A stretch of 64,000 nt of DNA from Geosiphon pyriformis uo1 (GCA_016748015.1 JAAOMT010000134.1:564757-628756); one strand, 5' to 3'. Positions 1 through 14,619 are shown, numbered from the stretch's first letter. Notes: generated by a model not told the origin, from the sequence alone. Made by a program: numbers and translations.

Positions 1-611
1 AAACAACTTTCTGTGTACATAACTTTTATTATACAAATACACAAATTTATTATTGTTTTGTTAACATTTTATACAATTAAAATATTAATATATTTGATTT
101 TTAAACTCAACTTCTTATTAAATACAGTTACATTTATTTCATAAAATGATTGGCATTATCAATTTTTTTTTTGAATTATTTAATTTCAGTTTAAATAAAT
201 TTTTTTATATCTTTAAAAATGAAAAATCTTATTTAATGTAACACATAATTACAATTCTAAAATATATAGGTACAATTAATTGTAAGCAATGTAATGCTTA
301 TTTGTCACATTTATAATTTTATTTTTAAAATGTAATATTTTAACTTGTAATAATTAAAATGCTTAATCCCAAACTATTTGTTTATTAAAATGATAATATT
401 TGTTGATAATTATGTGTTTTTTGAATAAGGTCAATGTTGTGAGCACTTTGAGCTTTGTTTTTCTGAATTGAATGCTTAAAAATATGACTTTCAAGCGCTA
501 TCAAACTGTGATATAATGGCGACAGGCAAATAATTTGATATTTTGACTATTTAAAAATATAAGTTCTAATCTCAAATATACTTATGTAATTATGTAAGCC
601 ACTGATTTATC

Positions 612-2312
612 ATGGCATGTTTCCATCTCAGTGATTTAAATTCAAGTGCAGTCACTAGTCACGTCCACACATTTTTTGCTAAAATGTCGGCAAAAAAATA
701 TAACCCTCCCTTCACAGCTGACTTGCCCAGTCGCTTAGAGGCCTTAAAATTGAAAGAAAAGTTGGACAAGGTTACTTTTAAACAGGAACCGAACGAGCTG
801 GGTGTTAAAAATTTCGCTACCGCTCGAGAACCGGTTGAAGAAACCTTTAGGAATGAGACGAAGCCGGTTAATTCAACTTCTATGAACATGAGAGGCTCTG
901 TTAACTTGATTCCTTTCAGTCGAGATCATGTTCAGATCAAACAAGAGTCCCCGGATTCAACTTCTACAAACCCAAAACGACGACATTCTCCCGGCGACCG
1001 CCCCCTTCCTGGACCATTTAATAGTTCTAATTATTTTTCTAGAAGTATCAAGAGAGAAAGTAGTAGTCAAAGTGACGATGACAGTATTCAAGCCGAAGAA
1101 CAAGAGCAGAAACCTGTAATCAAAGTTGAGTTTGACGATTCTGATATTATTTTGGAAGAAGTTGAGGTGCTTCAAGAGGGTAAGGTGATGAAGGTTTTCA
1201 ATATTGAGGCGGAAGAAGAAAAAGAAGAAGAGAAAACGCAAAGGAAACTGAAGCAACGAGCACCGCTGAAATCAGACCAACAAGACGAACATCAATTTCA
1301 GCAAAACCCAAATCGACGACAAACTTACCAAAAACCAAACCAACAGCCGAAATTGAATCAGCAACAAGAAGAAATATCAAAGTTTTTCAGCTCTGTACAA
1401 CAATTGCAATTCGAGTCATCATCATCATCATCATCATCAACAACTCCCAACAACTATCGAAGGGATGATTCATCTTCTCAAGTCGTTTCAAAGTTTGGTG
1501 GAAAAAAGGATTTATCTTCATTTTCATCAAATCAATGGATACCTACATCTTATGAATCGTCAAAAGATGGACCACTTTCCAACACTCTGGTACATCATCA
1601 AAAATCACCTGAGAATCCCTCACAATGGTCATATAAGTATCGGAGGCAGCTAATTTCACAAGATGAAGCTTTTGAAGTATTTCAAAATCAACAAAATTAT
1701 TTGGTACCAAAACAAAACAATTTGAAAGAGTATTATGATCAACAATTGGAACAATTAAAAAAACAACAAGAGATTACGCAACGGCAAATTAAACTGTTGC
1801 AACAAAAACAACAACAAATAGAATCTCAAACATCAAATTCATCACAAAGTAATCAATCACAATTAAGCAGAACTTCAAAACCAAAATTATCACGATCAGT
1901 TATTCTACCTAAATCCTCTTCAAATATTGACATAAATACCGTTACTCTCACATTACTTCGTCAACTTGACTTTGTTCTTTATGAACATGTCATGGAAATT
2001 CGTCAGCAGTTATATAATTACATTGCTCAACGTAAAAGAGATCCTATTATTGAAGGCATTATGAGTTGGGGTGTTGCAAAGCCATTTATTGAACGATGGT
2101 GGTTTTCACAATTCAAAGAATATTTAGCTAATCATGGACATGTGAATGTAGCTGATAAAATTGTTAATAAGGTATTAAAGAATTATTACATTACGAGACA
2201 TGATGTATTCAGAAAAAAATGTAAAAAAGAAAAAATAATTGCTATGAAAAATCTTGGTGTTCATTATGACAATAATTTCAGTCATAATAATAACAATAAT
2301 AACAATAATAAC

Positions 2313-2357
<45 letters not shown>

Positions 2358-2360
2358 TGA
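612..2360 (+). CDS. Intronless hypothetical protein, largely low-complexity (Q/S/N-rich) with a ~110-aa helical C-terminal domain; ATG at 684 may be the real start
   Basis: 582-codon ORF, more GC-rich than its flanks; no family recognised. Confidence 0.75.
2284..2357 (+). repeat. (AAT/AAC)n microsatellite encoding the poly-Asn C-terminus
   Basis: Trinucleotide run directly before TGA at 2358-2360. Confidence 0.95.
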
Positions 2361-3319
2361 ATTAGTACTATAAATAAATATATATATAAACTATCCAATT
2401 TTATTGTTCACAAATAAAAATTTACTATGATACTGTAAAAATAAATATTTAATTTAAAATCTATTTTGTTTAAGATGCCTAATTTAAGAAAAAATAGTTG
2501 TGACTTAATGCTTAATACAATTATTTTATTATCGTGAAGCCCAATCACTATCTATTACAATACGACCATAAAATTGGCCCTAAAATAAACGTGACCAGAC
2601 AAAATAATATAAAAATAACATGATAAAAATAATTTAGGAAATAATGATTTAAAATCATTGAAAATCAAAATATTTTACATATTATTTTTATTGTTGTTGT
2701 TGTTTAGTTTTATTAAAACATCAAAAATATATACTGTGGCCAAGTTAATAATTTGTGATGGTTTGTACCATTTATTCAAGTGCGTACTTTCACATGTCTT
2801 ATTCTCACACGCGAATTTATTTTGATAACTTTGCCACAATACTCTATTCGCCACAATGCCAAGTAATTATTAAAATTTATAATAACTGTTTAATTTTCAT
2901 ATGTTAATATTAATTATAAAATCGTTATTTTGCACCAAAAAGTTATTCAAAAAATGTAAATATTAAACATAACTTTCAAATAAGTATTAAATTATCAAGC
3001 CTTGAAATTTTTAAAAATATATAAATCAGCAAAACATTATACAATTAACGAAATGTGACACTGCTGGTATCAAACTTATCATCAAATAAAAACTGTTGAG
3101 CATTCTTTGAATCCATAAATTTTGTGCGAGACTTCCAGTTGCGATAATAAGATTAAAATTATGGATATATGTCTGTTTGAGTGTCAAGAGGGTTTATAAT
3201 ATAATTCAGGCTTGTCAATAAGTATTTTGGCTAAAGATATAATTTGTTAAAATAATTGGTCAAAACATTCAAATTTTCAAGGTAACAAGAAGATGAATAG
3301 AAATCTGGTTTCATGTGAA

Positions 3320-5781
3320 TCATGTTAGCATTTTGGACATGTATGGCCCTAAAAGCAAGATGAAAACCCTCATTAGAGAAAAAATCACCATAAAAAAAAT
3401 TAAAATATCTGAAGAAAACTTACCATCTAATTCATACCCCAATTTGACATAATAATGCCTAACACCAACGCCACTAATAACACTCAATTTTTGACTACCG
3501 TGTTCATCACGCGCAATCCTTTCAGCTTCTTCCATCAACAAGGTTCCGAAACCTTGATGTTGAAATTTCGTTGGATCACGATTATGCATAGGAACTACAG
3601 AGCCGTAAACATGCAATTCTCGTACTATCGAAGTTTGAACTTTGGTGAGTTCTGGGCGAAATGTTGCCTCTGAACATTTACGCAAGCGAAGTAGCCCAAT
3701 TAAGATGTCTTGTTTGGGATCCTCATATGATAAGAATGTTTCCCACCCTCCATTAGCCACATAATCGCGGCGGATTAGTTCAACCTTTGGGAATTTCAGT
3801 GAATGGTAAAATAATTGATTGCAATAAAAAGCAGAAGTTGTTGTACCTTACCTCCTCTGGCTTAACCTTATTATGAATGTCAACTATACCGACTTCACGC
3901 GTTCTCACATCCCTACATTCAGTACCCAAGTCTTTCATTCTATTTAGAGCAAGCTCACGCAAATTTCCATGTTCAACTCCAGAAGTAACCAAAGGCATTG
4001 GAATGTCTCTAAAATATAGCAGCAGCTCTTTACATATTGAACCTCGATTAATGTGCATCTGGAAGAATGTAATCGATCACCTTTGCACACGATAAACACG
4101 TGTCCATGGCGGAACAAGGGCCAATATCCTAGCAACGAGATCGACAAGAGCGTTGGGGGAATAGTTTTTGTATCGACCAGTTCTCCAGAGTTCGTAAAGG
4201 CCTTGGATTGGAAAAAAAATTAAATATCAAGATTCGATTTTTCTTCAAGTCGCATGTTGAACTCGAGATTGCTAACCAGTTCCTCGGATGACTAATGTGG
4301 GATATATTTTTAAACCATCAGTACGATATGCTGGATTTTCAAAATATTCCTAGAAAGTAAAGGAAAGTTAAATATCTTTCAGAATAGCAGTTAACGCAAA
4401 AATTGATTTATAAAATTACCTTAAATTGTTCCAAATCTCGTTCCATCCCTACGTTGGGAAGATCTGGCATCATGTGAGCGACGACCTTAAATCCAGTATC
4501 TTTTGCTAATTGAAATGACTCAGTCACGGCTTTGACAGTATGACCACGGTTGGTATCACGAGCAACATCCTCATAAATACTTTGGACACCAATCTCAAGA
4601 CGCGTACATCCATAACGCAACATCTGACTACCATGATAAAAATCAGGGATTTTTAATAAGGGATCAAAAAAATCAAACAGTAAAAAAAAAGAGAACCATG
4701 AATCAAACCTAAGATGTGGCTTCAAACAGTAATCAGGACGAGTTTCAATCGTAATCCCAGTGCACTTCGTTTGACTTTGCTCTGAAAATCTACGATACAT
4801 CAAATTAATCAAGTTAAAAATCAGCAAACAGAATAATGATTTCAAAGGCTATTACCTAACCGCCTCATCCAAATTTTCAGTTGTATGACCAGATAGAGCA
4901 TTGTGCAAGTTGGCTATAAACCAATTTCGATAATCTTCAGATAGAGACATAAACGTTCCGCCCATTATTATATATTCAACCTTATATTTGATCGAGGAGT
5001 TAGACAAAGCATGTAGATTGGAAATGTCAAAAAACTAAATTTTGATATAGCCCCGACCTTATCTACATTATGACCTAAACTTTTCAATTGATCTACGCGT
5101 CCTCGAGCCTGTTCCAAGGGATTATACCTAGCACGGATGGCACGCATACTGGTGGGTTCATAGCCGGTGTATGATTGTGTTGAATATTCAAAATCAGAAT
5201 CGGGACCACCTGGGCAATACCTAAGTTGAATATTGGTTCAAATGGTTATTTTTATAAGAGTTTGAAGAAAAAAATTTACCTACACGCAAACATTGCCAGT
5301 CATAGCGATGTGGGGGCATCGATGTGGCTTGCACATAACCGCGACAACGGCAATCTTTGAATAGGGGGTAAAAAATCAATCAATTCGATGTTAAAATCAA
5401 AACAAGATAAATTAAAATCTCTACCCCCGAAGCCGTCCGAACTGGTTTAGCCTTTAACTTGGGTAAAAGATATTGCTTATACTGTTCAGGGATTGCAGCA
5501 ATAATATCAACCAATTTAGGTTGAGTAGCCAGTTTGTTCTTCCGCGAATAATTAGTCTTTAGGCCATTGAGATTAACATCTTTTCCGGCATCATGAGCTA
5601 CAATTAATTCATTAACAATCTCTGCACAGGCTTTGACCATTAATTCAGCCTGATCCATAGATAGGATAAATCATCAGATTCTTCAAGCTTCATGTATTGA
5701 AATTAATGATAAATATTAAAATATCAACCTGGCTTTGACCTGTTGGAGAAGTAAAACGTCACTATAATCATACAATGGCAT
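3320..5781 (-). CDS. ELP3: Elongator complex protein 3 (radical SAM + GNAT acetyltransferase), at least 11 exons
   Basis: GT-AG exons join in frame: 5425-5658, 5284-5354, 5058-5220, 4856-4980, 4709-4789, 4420-4627, 4277-4349, 4081-4201, 3852-4008, 3424-3784, 3320-3348. Motifs [55 protein letters not shown]. First exon uncertain (ATG 5781 or 5658). Confidence 0.97.
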
Positions 5782-6473
5782 TTTAAAACAAAATAAACCC
5801 ATTTTTTGGAAAAAAGGTTGTCACCCTTTTTCGTGTTGGACCCCATTGTACATATCAAGTTTTGCGGGAAGTAAAAGAATATAATAGAAAAGGATTATTT
5901 AAAGGTATGATAAATAGGATTTTTATTTACCGAGATCAAAATCTTTGTGTAACCATGTGTTGTTAGAATTTTGTTCGTATTTAAAATGTTTCATTTTGTT
6001 TCATGTGATAAATCGTAATGTAGAGCCCGTAGTTCTTTAGAATTGATTTGGTATGCATATACCTCACAGCAACTCCTTAGCGGTCCTATGCAGATTTATA
6101 TCCCCAATAAAAATCAGCTACAAAAGGCTCTTTTAAGCTTTCTTTTTAGAATCTTCCGTCGCACCACCCCTGGAGTGCAATATAGGCTGTTTAGCCAATA
6201 AAGTCTTGATAGATGACTAGCTTTGTTGAGTCAAGCTGAAGATTCTCAAGAAAAAGTAATTGGACTTACTCATTTCATGTTATAATTAATTAGATCAAGC
6301 CTAAAAGATTTTTCAAAAAAGAACTCATCGAAAATATGGGGATATATATATATTTTTTATTTATAAAGTTTAGGCATATGTGAAAACTGTATTTACAATT
6401 TCACGATCCCATCCGTTAAAAGATAAAAAACATTCAAAGAACAACCAATATAGTCTATCACGATTTGTTCTTT

Positions 6474-7639
6474 TCACCTGAAACCCTTCTTCCGTGGCCG
6501 TTTAGGAAGATCTTTTTTTCGTGGGGGATAAAAGACCTTATTGTTATTAAATACCCATTTCGACTTGATAACCGAGACTACAATAACCGTATTTGACTTC
6601 AACTCTTGGGACATTCTCATGTAAACCCGTTTTACTACATTTGCCGTCGCTCCGTTAGGACACCATATATGCAAGATCTGTTTCCATACACGCGCATTAT
6701 TAATATTTCTCGTGGAGGAATTCACACCGGCCAGTTTTTTCTTAAGCAATCGGAATGCATCCTCTTTAGTGTAACGGCGATCATGAGCATAGGCGCGCGT
6801 TACAGATACACCAACGGTGACCCAGGTTGCGTAGTGTGGATGTTGCATATTTACTAAGTAATCAGTCATTGGCTGGTTTATGAACAGATACTTAACTTCC
6901 ATCTGGTAATTTCATAACGATGGCCCGATTTAATTCGACATTAATTAATGATTTAAACTATAAATTGATTCTATTTACCTCTGTTTTGAGCAGCTTTATC
7001 CCCAAGATTCTCTCCATGACCTCGTATGAAAGAACTTCAGATAACATACTGGCACCTCCAGCGTTCGGCAAACTTAACATCCTTTTCGAATCTCTTCCCC
7101 AAATCAGATCTTCAGAACGTCGCCCATGGGCATTTACATTTAATCGAAGAAACGCACTTGTATTTTTTTTCGTTAAACCAGATGAAAGTCGCAATAAATC
7201 AAGCGAAGTGGTATGAATAGTTATATCGTTAAAGGGCACAAACAAATGGTTGTTGAGGTTTAGGTATTTTCGGTTTATTTGATAAGGAGCCCGAGTGGTG
7301 GTGCTTATTAAAGCTGGACGACATTGTACTGACAAAGTACGAAGCAGCTTCTTCTCTTGCTCCAGGCCAGGAGTAAAGCGGAAGATATTGCTGCTGGTCT
7401 CCCTCCCCGATACGATGAACTCCGGATTCGCCATTGTATCCTTTGGCAAGGTGAGACCCAATAAAGCTTGGTCCCATGGTGCCGCGATCAAAGGACGACT
7501 GAGAGAAACAACGGTTCGGCATGGAGGAATACTGCTTCAAACTATCTTTAGTAGTGGTGGTCTTGGTAGTCTGGGTGGTGGTCTTGGTAGTCTTGGTAGT
7601 CTGGGTGGTGGTCTCAGTGTTATTTGCAAATAGGGACAT
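6474..7639 (-). CDS. AAC4-like protein (putative PD-(D/E)XK-like fold); 5' structure ambiguous
   Basis: Motifs PNAGGASMLSEVLSYE, LLKTE|MEVKY, TDY, GVSVTRA, LLKKKL, KQILHIW; intron 6903-6978 (GT-AG) joins ORFs 6958-7491 and 6474-6902. Confidence 0.75.
7553..7615. repeat. Short tandem repeat built from GGTAGTCTT / GGGTGGTGGTC units
   Basis: Seen directly. Confidence 0.85.
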
Positions 7640-8209
7640 GTTTTAACTTGATAAATGTAAATGTAAAGCGAAGTGTTTGAAGTTTTTTATAGCAAGTATT
7701 TTACTTGGAAATATGTTGAAACTAAGTGTTGTGTTGGAAATAAACTTGAGTAGCTGTTAGTAAGTAAAGAAACGGTAAGGTAAGAAAAAGTCGCGGATTA
7801 AAGTGTGTTGATTTATAGCATGGCAGAAACTACGCATGGAACTCGGAACCAATTGAGAATTGTTCATTTTGGAAAGTTCTGAAAATTGAAGATGTTAATT
7901 TACTGCGGCTTGGAACGTTTGTGCTGCATTGACAGTATTACTATATTTTTTGTTTTGAAACGTGTAACAGGTCCTAACTTAATTCACGCGTTTTCTACAT
8001 ATGACCAGAAACGAGCCCAGTTCAGGCTAAGCTACAAGAGGAAACTTATCCAAAAGCATTATTTGCAACCACCAGGAACCAAACCAGCCAATAGTTTTTA
8101 TTAATTATTACATGTATTAGCCAATGATGTTATATAATTAGCCACCCTATTTTTAGATAGTAATCATTGACCACTTTGAATAGCTATATAAGTAATGAGT
8201 TTCTTAGTT

Positions 8210-9065
8210 GTAAAAAGGCATATAAGAAATCAAAAAGATAAAAATTACTTCTAAATATCCAATTCTTTTATATTACTTATTTCTTTTTTCCAATTCTTTC
8301 AAGTATTTAAACATTTGTGAATAAAAGATTACTTATTGGCATTTACATAATTTATTTTTTTCTTCTTAATTTGTATTGTTAGAATTAATCTAAAAAGTAA
8401 TTATTTGCTTTTATAATTTATTAAATAAAAAAATAATTGAAAACCATAATAATATTTGTTATTAATTCTAAAAAATTTTAAATAAAACATAAAATAATAG
8501 CAATAGTATTATCTTATTAATAATTACAAACTATTTTTGAATTTTTGGATTTTTTAGAAAAGATTAAGCAATTATAATTTTAAAACTGATTATACATATT
8601 GAATTTTTATAAATTTAATTTGCTCTTTTAATTAAATTTCTTTTTTGATTATTTCTATTATTTTTAATAATCTATTTTTTTGTTATTTATTAACTTGTTA
8701 TTTTAATTTATATATTATTATTAATTATACAAAAATTTATTTATTTATTTATAAAGAATTAAAATTTTTATTAAATATATTATTATAATTATTTATATTT
8801 TATTTTATTTTAAAATTTATTGTTTTTTTGCTTAAATTATTACATATTAACTTTTATAATATTATAACAATAATAAAAACAACAATTGTTTTCAAAATTA
8901 ACTGTATTTATTATTATTAAATTAATAATATGTGCAAAAAATCCAAATTTATATATTAAAATTAATTATCTAATTATCTAATTAACAATTAAAAAATTAA
9001 TATAAAATTTCTGATTATTAATATTAAATTTAAGCTATAAAATTAAAAATAAAAAGTATAATTTA
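8210..9065. other. Extremely AT-rich tract flanking the TE nest
   Basis: Almost no G/C and no ORFs. Confidence 0.8.
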
Positions 9066-9069
9066 TGGT

Positions 9070-9834
9070 TTTTTTTCTTGTTAATTCCCTAATTACAATG
9101 AGAACTTTTGTATTGCCAAAGATTTAGCTTTTCCTTTTTTTTTTCTTCTTGTTACCTTTAGTTATTTCTTCTGACATACCAAATTTTGTTGTGATGAAAT
9201 CAGTAGGCTCTTCTGCTGGTGGTTTTGGTACTGGTTTAATTGAGTTGGAATTCCAGTCTAAAACTAAAAAGAAAGCATGAATTGAGAGTGTCTGTGTTCA
9301 TAATTCTTTATACAAAAAATCAAAAAAATCTGGTATTATTGGATTTGTGGTGAACTCATTGGCTGGACCTCTTTTTGAACATGTTTTACAAACTGACTGT
9401 AATGAACGCAAGGTGTCTTGGGGTAGTAAGGTTGAGAGTGAAGATATTAGTATTAGTGAGGTGTCAGATGTTGAAAACATAAACAATATGGTGGCCGAAA
9501 AGACTAGTTATGTAAATTTCAATGCTTTTGAGACTGATAACATGGTAGACAATGTGACTTCTAGGAAAATACAAACAAAAACTTATGTTTTGGAACCACC
9601 ACCGAAAACACCTTTCTTCAAAAACTTGAGTGACAATGATACTGAGTTAGTGTTTCTTGAGTCTAAATTTGTTGGGTCCAATTGGCTGCTGTCAGCCAAA
9701 TCAAGTGTTTTGGAAAGATGTAGCTTCGAGCCAGTTAGATCATTCACTTTGGACATAGAGTTGGCTGTTGTGCCTGAAAAAACTAATGGCAATAAATTAA
9801 TTTCAATCAAAAAAAATTTTTATAGAATTAATGG
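9070..9834 (+). mobile_element. LINE copy A: 5' UTR and 5' part of ORF1, cut off by LTR1
   Basis: ORF1 start near 9194 (MKSVGSSAGG...); EKTSYVN...RSFTLDIEL...KKNFYRING is homologous to LINE-B ORF1 at 26937-27290. Confidence 0.85.
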
Positions 9835-10678
9835 TGTTACGAGTGATTATTTGGGGTGTTGAATCAAATAACAAACCCATAACTTGGTGCTAAAAGTTAT
9901 TTGCATTGATGTTATTAATCTAAAAATTTTGTATCTGAAGATTTCAGGTTGAGTTCTTTGTATAATGAACAGAAATTCAATAGTTGTTTTATCCATAGCT
10001 TCTCAGAATTGCAATTTTGTCAATTCTTCTCTCAGTGTGATGGCCGGCAATCCTCTGGTAAGTATTTCATATCTTTTGTACGTGTTTTACCCTCTTGCAG
10101 GAGTCTTTTACCAGGCAATCTTTGACGTCAATAATCTAGCACTTTATTCAACCAATTAGTGCACAACAATAAAATCAAAATAAAATAAAAAAAAGAAATA
10201 AAAAAAAATCATAAATAAGCCAAGGCAATTTTACAAGTCAGTATCTTGTCAATAGCCGTGATCAAGAGCTATTGTTCCAGTGTGTTTAAGTATCAATTAC
10301 TATTAACATAGAGTGTTGATAGTGGAATTAGGTTTGAGATACCAAATAATTATTTATTGTGTTTGGAAGATTGTCTAAATGAAATCTAAACTTGGAAGTC
10401 TCTTTTTTAGCTTTTAATTCTACTGCTATATATACATAATTAAGATTCCTCAATTTCTCAATTCTTCACAACAGAAACCCTAGAATTCCTAGAATCCTGC
10501 AATTCCTTTAAGAGGAATTCTGGAATTCTGGAATTCTGCAATTTTTTGTAAGAATCCTGTAATTTCTGAAATCCTGCAATTCCTGAGAGGAATCCTGGAA
10601 TTCCATATTTTACTATGTCTACTTCTAATTGGTTAATAACTATGTTAATATATATTCTCTATATTTTTATGAGTAGTA
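9835..10678 (-). repeat. LTR1 (3' LTR of element A)
   Basis: TGTTAC...GTAGTA ends (decayed GTAACA); homologous to LTR2-4; PPT-complement TTATTTCCTCTTTTT follows. Confidence 0.9.
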
Positions 10679-13600
10679 TTATTTCCTCTTTTTAATATTG
10701 AGCTCTGTTGAAATCTAACTCTGTTAATTCCTTTTCTTGAAGTATTTTCTGAATTTCATTTTCGAGAATTACTTGTGTTATTTGAGTCTGTAATTCTTCA
10801 AATTGAGTATTGGTAATCTTTCCTAATTAATTACTGGTAACCGTATCCATTGCTTTGTTAAGTAAGATTTCTGGTCGATCCTAAAATGCTGTGTGTATTC
10901 GGTATATGGCTTGGGCCTGTATGAATAAGTTGTTCTTTCCCAAAAAATGTTCTAATTGTTATAGTATTCTTGTGTCGAATAATTACTTTGTTTTATCCAT
11001 ATATAGATTCTGGATATTCATGTGTTGTTCCAAGTAAAAATAATAATAGTTTCATGGAAATTGTTGTATCCACCAATTCCAAGTTTCTTTAGTCAACTCT
11101 TGGTATAGTGACTCTTTTTGTCAACTCTTTTATTGCTAATTTTACTTTTGCAATAATTTTGTCAATGGTATTTTCTGTTTTTTTTTGTGTTCTATGTGGC
11201 AATGTCTTTTTAGTGTCTTGATATCAGATGGTTTGTTGATTAATTGTAATTTCCATCTCTTGGTGTTGAATCAATTGAAAAAGTTGTTGTGTTAGTGAGT
11301 AAATGTTGTCTGTAATTTCTATTTTTCTGATATTTCTTGTCATGTCTACTATGTCTTTATATATTTTTTTAATGGATTAATTTAATGTGTTGTTGTTAAT
11401 GATGATGATTGGTTCCAGATCTCATGGAATCTTTTCTGGTTGGACTAGTATTTTCTGTACTCCTAATTGTGGAATATTACTGGTGGATGGTGGTGTAATG
11501 TTGTGATATGGTTTCAGTCGATCTCCATGTGCTGCTTTGGTTAAGATTTTGTTATCCAGTCTTAATTTGTAAGCTTCATTCCCTAGAATTTCTTTTATGT
11601 GAAATGGTCCATCCTATTTGGAGTCAAATTTTTCACTCCATTGTTTTTCCACTTTAGTATGATGTAAGAGTACTTTGTCTTTAATCTTGAATTCAACTGG
11701 TTTGTCTGGTAGTTGATTATCATGTCTTTCTTTTTGTTTCTCTTGTGACTTTTGTATATTATCAGCTGGTCTTTTTCATTTGTTTTACAATATTTCTATT
11801 AAGTCATATATTTTTTTTAACAATGTTTCTTGGAAATTTTCTTCTGTTATTGGTTCAGTTGGATATGTGTTAACCTTTATCTCAACTGGTAATGTTGCTG
11901 TTCTACTGTATATCAATTCAAATGGTGTTGCTTGTGTGGTATCTTGCTTCATTGTCCAATAAGCAAATAATACTGATGATATGAACCAATTCCATTCGTC
12001 CTGGTTTTCTTGGCTGAATTTTGCTATTGCTTTATACAATGTTCTATTAAATCTTTCAACTAATCTATTGGTTTGTAAATAGTATAGTGATGATAGTGGT
12101 CTCTTAATTCCAAATTTTTGGCTTAGTTCTGCTAATGTTCTATTCACAAAATGGATTCTTTGGTCTGATAATAGTTCTTTTGGACATCTATGTTGACAAA
12201 TCAGATCTTGATGGATGAATTTGGCAATGGATTCTGCATCTACTCTTTGAATTGCTTTGGCTTCTGGCTATTTAGTAAGATAGTTCATGGCTACAGCAAT
12301 ATATCTGTTGTCTCTGCTGGTAATTGTCAATGGTCTGACTAAATCGATTCCAATACAGTCAAATAGTTGTCTCACTTTAATTGGTCTCAATGGTTTGCTG
12401 AGTCTTGTTCCTTCTCTTTTTTGACAAGCATCACAATTTTGCACATATTGAATAATGTTTGGATACATTGATGGCCAATAGTATCTTTTTCTGGTTCTTT
12501 CCATGGTTGCTTCTTTATGAAAATGTTTTGCAGTTGGATCTGAGTGCATGTTGAACAGTATTGTCTTTTTTTTTGGTTCTGTAATTACTCTGGTTGGTTG
12601 ATCTGAATCTTTTCTATTTTTTTGATAAAGTATATTTTGGTAAGTGATAAAATATTTGGATTGTTGTTTGATCCTCTTTTGTTCTGGTTGAAATAATTTC
12701 TCTTTGAACTGTTGAATATCTATATAATATTGAAGTTGTTGATATTTTTGTGTGTTCATCTTTTGTTATATTTTTGTGAGTATTGTTTTGGTTTTGTTAT
12801 ATTTTTGGGTTGAAATGTTCTTAGATTTGTCTTATTCATGACAAACCATTGACATTTTCATTGTTTTTTCTCTTTTTATAATGTATGGTATAAGAGAACC
12901 ATTTTCTATTTTGACTGTCTTCCATTTCCAAATTCTTGTTTTTGGAGTGATGTCAATCTTTTGTAATCTGTATACACTTCAAACTTTTGGCTCAAGTATT
13001 CTTTCTATTTTATAACTGCTCAATAGATTGCTAGATGTTCTAATTTTGGTGTTCCATAGTTTTTTTTGGCTGAAATCAAATCTTGGCTGGCATATGCAAC
13101 TGGATGTTCTCTTCCATCCAATCCTCTCTGAGATAGTACTGCTTCCAATGCTTGACCTGATGCATCAGTGATAATAATGAATAGTTTACTATAATCTGGA
13201 TAGATCAATACTAGAGCTTGAATAAGCTTTCTTCTTAAGATGTCAAATTTTTCTTGCTGGGTTTCAGTTCATTCATACTTTGCATTTTTGGTTTGAAAAT
13301 CATTGAGTGGTTGTGCTATCTTTGAAAAGTTTTTATGAAACATCTATAATAGCTCGCAAATTCCAAGAATGATTTCAGCTCAGTTATATTGGTTGGTATT
13401 GGAAAGTTCTTTACTATCTCTATTTTCTCTGAATCTATTTTTATGCCATCTTTGCTAACTATGTGTTCTAAGAATTTTAGTTATGTTTTGCTGAAAAAAC
13501 ACTTTGTTGCATTCAATTTTAATCCTGCTCATCATAGTCTTTTAAACACTTGTTGGAAATAATGTAGATGATCATCAAATGTTTTTGAGAACACATTGGT

Positions 13601-14619
13601 ATTATCCAAGTATACAACTACTGATTTCCACAATAAGCCAGTGTACATGATTTCCATTAGCTGTTGGAATGTAGCTGGAGTGTTGGTTAAGCCAAATGGC
13701 ATAACTTCAAACTCAAAGTTTTCCTCTCTTATAGTGAACGCCGTTTTTTTTTTGTCGGCTAGATTCATGACTACTTGCCAGTAACTACTATCTAAATCTA
13801 ATGTTGAGAATCATTTGTTTCCACCAAAAGTGTCAAATAGTTCTTGTATCTGTGGAGTTGGATAGCTGTCTTCATGAGTTACACTATTGAGTTTCCTGTA
13901 GTCTACACAAAATCGGATTTTTCCATTCTTCTTATGGATGAGTACTACTGGTGACAACTATGGGCTCATTGATGGCTGAATTAACCCATTGTCAAGCATT
14001 CAGTTGATCTCTTGACAGATGATTTCATGGCTGGCTGGTAATATCCTATATGTTTGCTATTTGATTGGCATTGTATCTCTGGTCTTGATTTGATGCTAGA
14101 TAATATCAGTTCTGCCAAATTCGTTTTCACTGGTGAAGATGTCATTAAAATTATTGAGTAACATCTTAAGTTGCATTTGTTGAAGTGAGTCTAGATTTCC
14201 CATGTTCATCTGTTCCAATTGTTTTGGCTGTAACAGATAACATTTGTTTCGTCCATAAATGGTTTGTGATGTAATGTCCACATATCCACAAAGCTGTGGA
14301 AAATCTGGAATGTTGCTTGGTGCTTGATCTTTAATTTCTGTGGTTAAATATCCTAGAGTGGTTCCTTCTGATATCTCTACAATATTTCCAGTGTTGTTGT
14401 AGATGGGAATTTTAATATAGTTATGACTCTTGGCTGGTATGTGTAGATTGATAAGTCCAATTTTTTTTGATTCACAAAGGGTTGCTTCTGCTTCAAAAAT
14501 CTGTTCTTGCTTCTTCTCTCTCCTTTCTATTGCTAACATGTATTAGCTATATGGTAAAATAAAAATCGTTTGACTGGTTAAGATAATTTCTTTCTGGCCA
14601 ATAATTTTTTCCTTCACCA

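Noticed and set aside
5655-5700. TTATCCT near the ELP3 5' end as a U12-type intron signal
   Set aside because: No RTATCCTT donor or TCCTTAAC branch site; first-exon structure left unresolved
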